Shown here one piece after another: positions 57,401 to 64,000 of a stretch of DNA of 64,000 nucleotides. A model generated the notes under the pieces. The model saw nothing but the letters and a program-made list of their open reading frames with translations. It was not told the origin of the DNA and did no database searches. The position numbers were made by a program, and so were the translations under genes. Every line of letters begins with the position of its first letter. Position 1 is the first letter of the stretch. Origin of the DNA: Methanomassiliicoccales archaeon (GTDB taxonomy: Archaea; Thermoplasmatota; Thermoplasmata; Methanomassiliicoccales; UBA472); the NCBI GenBank assembly GCA_036504055.1, contig DASXVU010000045.1:70147-134146 (forward strand). Direction: 5' to 3'.

Positions 57401-58766
57401 CGGTCATCTGGCCGTCGACATCGAGAGTGGTCAGCTTGACATATATGGTATCGGTAAGTGAGAAGTTGGCAGAAGGCACCAGAACCCCTCCGCTCAAAAT
57501 ATAAGTGGCAACCTTTGGGTATTGAGCGTTGTTGATGATTATCTGGTCCCAGATGTTGACGACCGTCCCTATGTTGTCCTTCAGCTTGATCTGTATGGGA
57601 TAAGTGTAGCCAATGTTGGGGGCGTTGAACGTGTAGTTATAACGGTAGAAGTCTCCGTAGATACCACCGTATTGGAACGCCGCGGTCGAGCTCGGCGGGG
57701 TCATGATGTTGCCGGTCAGCGGCATATAGACCAGCAGGTTATTGTCAATGGCCAGGTTCCTAAGTGTATCGCTATACACTTCGACCAGTATCTGTTCGCT
57801 GGAGTTGAAGTTCCTGGTTATGTTGCTGTCGGAGGCGCGGCGGATGTAGTAGAATGTGGTCCCTGCCTCTCCCATCGTCTCTCCGGCCTGACCGCCGCTA
57901 GCATCCGGAGGATATGTTCCGTTTGTCAGGTAACTGGAATAGTTGGTGTATGGGCCATTGTAGCCGCTACCGCCGCCAGAGGTGGTCTTGGACACAACGA
58001 TAACGAACTGAGCGGTGGCGTTCTTGCCTAACGAGTCATACGCATTGAAGAATATCGTCTTGCCATTCCATCCACTGTAGGAAGCCAAGTATGTGCTTGT
58101 GCTGGTATAGATCCCGTCGTGGTTAGTGTCGGTCAAGGTGATGTTGTTCGATAGACCGATACCGGAAGCATCGACCCAAACCCCAGCCAGGTTATTCTCC
58201 AGGTCGGTTATGGTGGCATACAAATATACCGGATCCTTATCATAGACCGGTGACGGGGTGAAACCCCGGGCACCAATGATGGGCGGCGTGTTCTGGTCGG
58301 TCTTGTTGCCTGCCAATACCGCTTCCCATACGATATTGTTGGTGGTCTTGTCCACGATCATCAGACGAACGGTCATGCCGGAGGAGTAGGGGGTGGTGTC
58401 ATAGGACCAGACCTCGCCTATCTTCCAGTCGTTGCCTATGCTGGGGTTGCTGGATGAGATGTTGAGAACAGTGGGAATGTCGTTCTTGAAGAGGTATATG
58501 TTAGTGGAATCCTGGGTCAGCGTCTGACCGCCCTTGTGGGTTATGTTCATATATAGATGGCTGCTGGAGGTACCGACCTGAGCACTGAAGTCGCTGAGCG
58601 TCTGGTCCTGTGGCGCAGGCATGTTCGTCACGAAGAATAGGACACCGGTGAACAGTGAGACGGTTATGGCCAGTATGAGCAGGTTGCCTATGATCTCAGA
58701 GACACCGTGGCGGCTTTTCCTGAGATTCTTGCTGTTCCGATGATAATTGCTCTTTTTGTTGGTCAT
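54456..58766 (-). CDS. Giant archaeal type IV pilin-like adhesin (class III signal peptide, FG-GAP propeller, C-terminal TM), 1436 aa
   Basis: RKSRHG/VSEIIGNLLILAITVSLF; repeats such as DLDGDSRQD, GDFNQDGCDD, DVDGNGYPD, GDFNGDGFMD; C-terminal LTFLWPLFGVFGIVVAEAVIERAERKRKE. Confidence 0.85.
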   Translation of the reverse strand: MTNKKSNYHRNSKNLRKSRHGVSEIIGNLLILAITVSLFTGVLFFVTNMPAPQDQTLSDFSAQVGTSSSHLYMNITHKGGQTLTQDSTNIYLFKNDIPTVLNISSSNPSIGNDWKIGEVWSYDTTPYSSGMTVRLMIVDKTTNNIVWEAVLAGNKTDQNTPPIIGARGFTPSPVYDKDPVYLYATITDLENNLAGVWVDASGIGLSNNITLTDTNHDGIYTSTSTYLASYSGWNGKTIFFNAYDSLGKNATAQFVIVVSKTTSGGGSGYNGPYTNYSSYLTNGTYPPDASGGQAGETMGEAGTTFYYIRRASDSNITRNFNSSEQILVEVYSDTLRNLAIDNNLLVYMPLTGNIMTPPSSTAAFQYGGIYGDFYRYNYTFNAPNIGYTYPIQIKLKDNIGTVVNIWDQIIINNAQYPKVATYILSGGVLVPSANFSLTDTIYVKLTTLDVDGQMTGVFMNDLTVSDYSGRYVVRKTPTMPAANPAGIKVPIYTAPVSSVFKTDSTNGATWIADGKTSSNDPSARYTFYFKPIDANAGWWLPRRNSYTLTIDTFQDAGANSTTGETYHSLTVQFNITAPRTMTDIIAGIGSGAFTWSSSGASWQNSQLAWFKNGEVTGQWQKIDIALPTKTYNGPIGLVQSDLDGDSRQDLAVGFQDPSVGVAWYRSQSVDGLSWSNPYRLMKSLDGTPGLWKDGGSSKGLGNADVTVYAATTSWGHTPEFDNDYYSSYDIIGAMAAGNFGNGHTDIVVSLIHVVVHSTATTEDAAKSNPALNTPMFFNRGLYVLWNNGGAMDWKMTPLYGSRDYFPAFKQGATLLDANGNNNPAAIDIATGDFNQDGCDDIVAVYETGVTKIWLSQWSDVQSTSDPFNAAFNTTASLMPSTSVPTVPGTAGPWELAGRAVRLRVADVDGNGYPDIVRTSAAAASVNTVYVIITKRAEPTKTQNFPVLEYGGTGITAKVTGSKADLTAIDNKWENLTEVFQNSSVLFDRPITKAAGDTTINQTVSNLQRDDGQTYNVDRHQTLSVAMASADSSYSGMQVTQVMMRTKYWVLADYDGNSYLQWSKDGGSTWMNTNIKPTNTQLSVNLTYDLFNGQGADSINTWAKLQNICFRYYNDETTGSGAVRFDYIYLEVKFAVSRQVQWDWQIPNLPNEIWHNLTINAKVKTAGDSFNVSYSPDNETWFHLFTISSTTQKNYSGMLLHTVNSKYYIRIEDTNRQATDIVNDTLCVNKLNITHYSPAVSWDFDSTKWQKSIPGISSPNYITSLAVADVGPSYSNTKPDGYLDIVVGTTMIGNGDANHALFVIPSINSGTQLGVPINIPVVAASAAIGTNAYDVKAVELGDFNGDGFMDIAMAIGFSPGYTYTAGSTSTLWIYTSQQSSGGWQFSEQPVNVLDTSGSVINIKTGYVDLTFLWPLFGVFGIVVAEAVIERAERKRKE

Positions 58767-58828
58767 AATTGCTGCCTTCCACTGTCGAGTGCCTGCGCTC
58801 GGGGCAAATTTGATTATTTCGTTTGTCT

Positions 58829-58857
58829 CTATTTAACCATTGGTGGCTGATAATCAA
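58829..58857 (-). promoter_or_regulatory. Putative promoter and palindrome of pilin-like gene 1
   Basis: CTATTTA-N12-TGATAATCAA (+ strand reading), the same spacing as at 62935-62963. Confidence 0.55.
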
Positions 58858-59131
58858 TTTTGAACAGATGATGGCTGGACAGAAATTATTCAATCGTATC
58901 ATCATTGATAATTTGTACGGCCAGAACCCCCACCAACAGGCAAGTTACCTTGAGTGAGCTCGCTCGCCTTCAAGCGACGTTCGCATATATTTCAAGGGTT
59001 TTGACAACGGCGAAATCCAGATCGAATTCAAATGGGGGTTCCATTGATCATTCAATTTACCATGATCCAGAACTGAAATCGACATCAAAGAAGGATCGAA
59101 AGAGGTTTTTCCCAATAGGTAAGACATTTCT

Positions 59132-62100
59132 TCAATAGGTCTGGAACTTCCTAGCATCCAGATCGTTAATTCCTCCAGACCCGATTATCTGATTATCAAC
59201 GACGTAATACTGCCATCCCTGCGTCTTGAGACCCTGATAATTCGCATAATAGCAGATCGCGCTCGAGGTGGCCAAGAGTATGTCAGTCCTACCATTTCCA
59301 TCCACGTCCGCCGCAATCATCTTCACTATGGATTGACCGGTCAGAAGGGCGAATTTTGCATCATATGTTCCAGGTGTGGTCTTGTTCTGGTTTATTAGAT
59401 ACACGCCAGTAGCCGTTGAGACAGCGATATCCAGATATTTTCCTTTGTAAGGATTGAAGAAATTTCCAGCCCCAATATCCAACGCATTGGAGATTCCGGT
59501 GGAATATGGAGAGGATGGGTGATCAAAGATGGAGGAACCAGCGCAGTTCATGAATGCTACCAATGTCCCAGAACCTCCGATGGCAACTATGTCGTTGGCC
59601 CCGTCCCCATTCATATCGGCAACTGTCAATGCGGCAATGCTTGTTCCCACCGATGTCACTGTCGCCCCTACCGTGGTCACAGTCATCTGACCGATCTTCA
59701 AATAGGATTCTCCAGGCGTAGCTGTTTTGATCCAGGGCGCTGAAGCCTTGATCTTTATTATTCCAGTCGAAGTTACCCCGGTAATTATTCCAGAATATTG
59801 AGTGAACGAAGACCCTACTCCAACATAGAGATGAGTGGAGAAGGATTTGAAGGTCAACCCATTATCGATCGAATAGTTGAACTCGATCTTATCACCATCA
59901 TTGCTGGCAGATCTAAGGGCAAACGCTGAGAATGCATAGGTGGATCCAGAACTTGGTACCTTTACCGTCCAATTGTGATCCATTATATCCCCGGTAACCC
60001 AGGTAACGTTCAAAGACCAGTACCTGAAGTCCACGCTGGTGGATAGAGGGTTGGAATTCTCATAGGTGATATTAAGGGTCTTCAATGAACTGGCCAATGG
60101 GAATTTGCTCGTCAGATCATAGCTCGCCCGAACCCAGCCGCCTTCGGTATTCTGGATGTTGATCATGTTGGATGACGTCTCAATTTTGCCCGTTTCGTTA
60201 CTCCAGGTTATGTAATCGGTTCCATCATTATTCCCGTTCGTCTTGTACATTACCTCGAAGGTTACCTGGCTGGTCGGAAGATCATTTATCAATCCAGTGC
60301 CGTCCCAATTGACGATCGATGCGTTGCTGCCTCCGGCCACAGTGTATGGATTTGATGCGGAATTCGCATATTGCAGTTGCGAGATGTCGTCTGGACAGTT
60401 ATCCAGCACGCCTTTCGGTGCTGCGGGTACTGAGATCTGATGCCTCATTGTCAACTGTTCCTGAACCTCTTCATAGATCCAGGGTACCTGTATCGCGCTG
60501 GTTGTGTCCAGATAACTACCAGTAATGATATCGTTTGTAGAATCCTCCCCGATGGCAAAATCCTGAGTTGTCGTGGTTGAAGAAGATAACTTGATCGGGT
60601 TCCAAAGGGTACCGATTCCGTTCTGGTTCTTGAAGACGGTTATGGTCCCGTCGGTCCTTCCGACCACGATGTCCATTGAACGATTTATATCGACGCCGGA
60701 CGATCCAGGAGGCACCATGTTGGCCACCTGGATGGAACTAACCGGTGAACCTGAACCCACTACAGTATATTTGGACCAGATTCCGTCGTTCTTATACAGA
60801 GTCACCGCACCGCTTGCATAGCCTACCACGATGTCCAGTGTCTTTCCCAGACCTGTATTTCCAAGCTGCACGTCAGACGCTGTTCCGGAAATCGATGATA
60901 TCCAGTACTTGTCGAACCCTCCGCTGCTCCGCTGGATGAACAGATACAGATTCGTGCCACCGTCGTCCTCCACGGCCACAAAATCTGTTTTTCCATCCCC
61001 GTTGATATCCCCGGCACGAATGATCGAGATCACCGGATTGTATGATTTCTTGTCGGTTGTGGTCTCCAGCATAAGCGGAGGGTACCAGCTGTTGTCATTT
61101 TTGTAGTAGAGGAGCGAAGCTTGACTCTGGAATCGAGCGCCCCCTTGAGGTTCACCACCTGCAACGATGTCCAATTTGGTGGTCGGAGAAGTGACATTGA
61201 TCACATTTGATAGGACGTAGGTCTCTGTCCCGGCTTGGAACATGTCATATTTTAGAATATAGGCGTTAAATCCAGGTAGCCATGGGGTCAATCCGGTGAC
61301 GTTATACAGATTGATCTCGAAACGATATTTGTTCACTGCGCTCTGCCAGACGTTGCTCACTGAACCGGTCCAATGGGTCACGTGCTGAGAATAATATGTC
61401 GTCGGTGGATAGGGCGAGTCGCTCGGTGGGGTGTTGCTCAATTGGGAATCCCAGAAGAAATCACGTATCTCGACCAGGCCAGACCCGGGGACCCAGGCCC
61501 CTCCGATCTTCGTCGTTATCTCAACATAGACCACATCACTATCTGTGTTGTATGTTGTAAAGCTAGTCGTTTTCTTCGTAAAACTTGAATCCGAATATGT
61601 CGTGAAGGTCGGCAATTGAGTAACTGATGCCCCGGCTGTCTTGATCAGGATCATCTGATTCATCATGAACGCATTGTTGGGATTCCAATTATCCTTCACC
61701 TTCACATCAAGAAGGTAATATGCGGTCAATGAAGGAAGTAGGGATGTATTAATCGAACAATTATATATATAATATCCAGATAGAACATCTAATGGCTGGA
61801 ATGAATTTATCGGGGATGAGACACCTGATTGTACTTGTTTTGTCGTGTCATTCATCACGAGGATCGAATTCATATTCTGGACATTGACCACGAACTTGCT
61901 TGCGATGACGACCACGGCCGTCTGCCCTTTGTCAAATGTGAGGGTCGGTGTTGCACTGTATTTGTGTAGGTTCCAGTCACTCCATTCGAAGATTTGGAAG
62001 CCTTGTAGCCCACTGTAATCTAGATTTCCTGGCGGGGAACCGGATCCCGAACCGCCGTTATTGTCAATGTTGTTACCACTTTGATTTTGCATTACTGAAA

Positions 62101-62875
62101 GAGTAAATTGGACGGAGGAAGTTGCCCCCGCCCGATTCGTTGCATTGAAGAACACCGTCTGACCGTTCCAATCGCGGTACGATGCCTTGTAAGTCAGGTT
62201 GGAAGTAAAGATGCCATCATTGTTTGAATCCCAGAGGACGACATGATTGTTGGTGACTCCCGGAAGGAAAGCGGCATTCATATAAACGCTAGCAATGTTT
62301 GCCAAGCCATTGACATCGACAACCGTTGCGTAGAACTTGACCAGATCCCCATCATATGCTGGCATAGGATTGATACCGCGACTACCGATTATCGGAGGAA
62401 AGTTGTTATTGGCATTACCAGCCAACGTTGCTTGCCATACTATGTTATTCGTGGTCTTGTCCACAACCATTATTCTTACCGAATCGCTATTTTTATCGAA
62501 GTTGCTAAGGATATGCGACCAAACTCCACCGATATTCCAGACATTCCCAAGTTTGGGATCGCTTGAGATATAGAGCAGCTGCAGGTCATTGTTTTTGAAC
62601 AAATAGATGTTGGTTGAATCGTTACTGAGCGATTGCCCTCCTTTGTGTGTTATATTCATATATAAATTGGAACCGGATATGCCGGTCTGGGCACTAAAAT
62701 CGCTTAGCGTTTGATCCTGTGGCGATGGCATGTTGGTCACGAAGAACAGGACGCCGGAAAACAGTGAGACGGTTATGGCGAGGATGAGCAGATTACCAAT
62801 GATCTCCGAAACCCCGGTCCTGCATTTGCGCAATCTCTTGCCAGACCCAAAATAGTTGCTCTTTTTGTTCGTCAT
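59132..62875 (-). CDS. Giant archaeal type IV pilin-like adhesin paralog (class III signal peptide, FG-GAP propeller, no TM anchor), 1247 aa
   Basis: Start reset to ATG 62875 (MTNKKSNY, as in the paralog); RKCRTG/VSEIIGNLLILAITVSLF; GDINGDGKTD, ADMNGDGAND, ADVDGNGRTD. Confidence 0.85.
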   Translation of the reverse strand: MTNKKSNYFGSGKRLRKCRTGVSEIIGNLLILAITVSLFSGVLFFVTNMPSPQDQTLSDFSAQTGISGSNLYMNITHKGGQSLSNDSTNIYLFKNNDLQLLYISSDPKLGNVWNIGGVWSHILSNFDKNSDSVRIMVVDKTTNNIVWQATLAGNANNNFPPIIGSRGINPMPAYDGDLVKFYATVVDVNGLANIASVYMNAAFLPGVTNNHVVLWDSNNDGIFTSNLTYKASYRDWNGQTVFFNATNRAGATSSVQFTLSVMQNQSGNNIDNNGGSGSGSPPGNLDYSGLQGFQIFEWSDWNLHKYSATPTLTFDKGQTAVVVIASKFVVNVQNMNSILVMNDTTKQVQSGVSSPINSFQPLDVLSGYYIYNCSINTSLLPSLTAYYLLDVKVKDNWNPNNAFMMNQMILIKTAGASVTQLPTFTTYSDSSFTKKTTSFTTYNTDSDVVYVEITTKIGGAWVPGSGLVEIRDFFWDSQLSNTPPSDSPYPPTTYYSQHVTHWTGSVSNVWQSAVNKYRFEINLYNVTGLTPWLPGFNAYILKYDMFQAGTETYVLSNVINVTSPTTKLDIVAGGEPQGGARFQSQASLLYYKNDNSWYPPLMLETTTDKKSYNPVISIIRAGDINGDGKTDFVAVEDDGGTNLYLFIQRSSGGFDKYWISSISGTASDVQLGNTGLGKTLDIVVGYASGAVTLYKNDGIWSKYTVVGSGSPVSSIQVANMVPPGSSGVDINRSMDIVVGRTDGTITVFKNQNGIGTLWNPIKLSSSTTTTQDFAIGEDSTNDIITGSYLDTTSAIQVPWIYEEVQEQLTMRHQISVPAAPKGVLDNCPDDISQLQYANSASNPYTVAGGSNASIVNWDGTGLINDLPTSQVTFEVMYKTNGNNDGTDYITWSNETGKIETSSNMINIQNTEGGWVRASYDLTSKFPLASSLKTLNITYENSNPLSTSVDFRYWSLNVTWVTGDIMDHNWTVKVPSSGSTYAFSAFALRSASNDGDKIEFNYSIDNGLTFKSFSTHLYVGVGSSFTQYSGIITGVTSTGIIKIKASAPWIKTATPGESYLKIGQMTVTTVGATVTSVGTSIAALTVADMNGDGANDIVAIGGSGTLVAFMNCAGSSIFDHPSSPYSTGISNALDIGAGNFFNPYKGKYLDIAVSTATGVYLINQNKTTPGTYDAKFALLTGQSIVKMIAADVDGNGRTDILLATSSAICYYANYQGLKTQGWQYYVVDNQIIGSGGINDLDARKFQTY

Positions 62876-62934
62876 GATCGTCGCCTTCCCTCTGGCATCT
62901 ATGCAGGAGACAATCCGACTCATCCAAATGGTCA

Positions 62935-62963
62935 CTATTTATTTATTTGGAGTTGATAATCAA
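62935..62963 (-). promoter_or_regulatory. Putative promoter and palindrome of pilin-like gene 2
   Basis: CTATTTA-N12-TGATAATCAA; TTGATAATCAA is a 5-1-5 palindrome. Confidence 0.55.
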
Positions 62964-63040
62964 GACTCGAATAGACACGGCCAGATCATATAATTGATAT
63001 ATATTAATATAAAATATTATGATTCATGGTAAATATGATA

Positions 63041-63568
63041 TCAGAACTCTATGCCCGCCCGGGCGATCACGCCCTTGTCGTAAGGGTGCTTCTCCGCCAC
63101 CATCCTGGTCACCAGGTCCGCCTCATCTATGACCTCGGGAGGTGCGTTCCTGCCGGTCATGATCACTTCCACATCCCTATGGCGTTTCCTAAGCACCGAC
63201 AAGACCTCTTCTGGTTTGACCAGGTTGAAAAAGAGCGCGACGTTTATCTCGTCCAGTATTATCACGTCATACTCGCCAGATACCAGCACGCTTTCGGCAA
63301 AGGCGAGCGCTCGGTGCGCCAGCTGGATGTCCTCCGGATGGACGCTGCTCCTGGTGATCAGCCGGTCGGAACCGAATTGGTAGAGGTCGATCTCCATCCT
63401 GCGCAGGGCCAGTATCTCGCCGTAATCCTCCCCTTTCTTCATGAACTGGATCATGCAGACCTTGAGGCCCCTGCCCCAGGCCCGGAGCGCCAGACCGAGG
63501 GCTGCTGTCGTCTTGCCTTTACCGTCCCCGGTGTACACCTGCAATAGCCCAAGCTGGTCCTCTTCCAT
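63041..63568 (-). CDS. cobO: Cob(I)alamin adenosyltransferase CobO/BtuR
   Basis: YTGDGKGKTTAALG, QFMK, ILDEIN, MTGRNAP, ADLVT, KHPY..GV.AR.GIEF. Confidence 0.93.
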   Translation of the reverse strand: MEEDQLGLLQVYTGDGKGKTTAALGLALRAWGRGLKVCMIQFMKKGEDYGEILALRRMEIDLYQFGSDRLITRSSVHPEDIQLAHRALAFAESVLVSGEYDVIILDEINVALFFNLVKPEEVLSVLRKRHRDVEVIMTGRNAPPEVIDEADLVTRMVAEKHPYDKGVIARAGIEF

Positions 63569-63650
63569 GCTAATCCAGTCAGGATTGCCTCTCGGGATAC
63601 TTCTTTGTTGCGGGAAAGCCCTGATTAACCAAGAGCACTATCCCAGTCAC

Positions 63651-64000
63651 ATGTTGGAGATCGAGATCAAGACCCGTTCCGAGGACAATCGCAAGGTCGA
63701 GGGGATGCTCCTGGAAAGGGGAGCGACACTTCTGGGCGATCACGAACAGGTCGATGAGTACTTCAACCATCCATGCCGGGATTTTGCAGAGACCGATGAG
63801 GCGCTGAGACTGCGAAAGGACTCCACTGGCAAGATCACGTACAAAGGGCCAAAGATCGACCGGTTCACCAAGACCCGCGAAGAGATCGAAATGGAGATCG
63901 ACGACCTGGATAAGATGTCCGCGATCCTGGTCCGTTTGGGTTTCCGATCGGTTGCAAGGGTGAAAAAGAAACGCAGGGAGTACTTACTTGACGGGGTAAC
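63651..64000 (+). CDS. cyaB: CYTH-domain protein (class IV adenylate cyclase CyaB-like), 5' part (runs off window end)
   Basis: Hand translation MLEIEIKTRS...QVDEYFNHPCRDFAETDEALRLR...TYKGPKID..TKTREEIE (ExExK motif). Confidence 0.88.
   Translation, partial: MLEIEIKTRSEDNRKVEGMLLERGATLLGDHEQVDEYFNHPCRDFAETDEALRLRKDSTGKITYKGPKIDRFTKTREEIEMEIDDLDKMSAILVRLGFRSVARVKKKRREYLLDGV

Noticed and set aside
2229-63547. Numerous long antisense or alternate-frame ORFs in the track (e.g. 2532..3410, 26265..27314, 50182..51075, 53640..54536)
   Set aside because: They are expected shadows of GC-rich genes and have no family motifs of their own.

Overview
Gene-dense archaeal chromosome segment. The gene set and protein style most resemble Thermoplasmatota, probably Methanomassiliicoccales (an inference; no marker search was run). 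Most of it is housekeeping: truA, trmJ, secE-spt5-rpl11, rpl1-rpl10-rpl12, cdc6, gcvT, asnS, tRNA-Gly(CCC), a P-type ATPase, rtcA, guaAA/guaAB/purE, ahcY, gar1-tfb, endA, a regulator-cdc48-hsp20 heat-shock locus, cobO and a CYTH gene. No CRISPR array, rRNA, transposase or integrase was seen. Four things stand out. (1) Two tandem giant (1436 and 1247 aa) class III signal-peptide pilin-like proteins each carry a 7-blade FG-GAP propeller with nested inserted domains. They share a promoter motif, and only one has a C-terminal membrane anchor. (2) A cell-division locus has three ftsZ genes, a tandem-RHH regulator with repeated GTC-N-GAC sites, and a 74-bp identical patch between the two ftsZ1 paralogs. 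(3) An AT-rich patch after tRNA-Gly holds a 76-nt four-way-junction RNA candidate upstream of a secreted beta-helix gene. (4) Smaller regulatory signals include an L1-binding leader and heat-shock operators. All family assignments come from motif recognition by eye, and structures were paired by hand.
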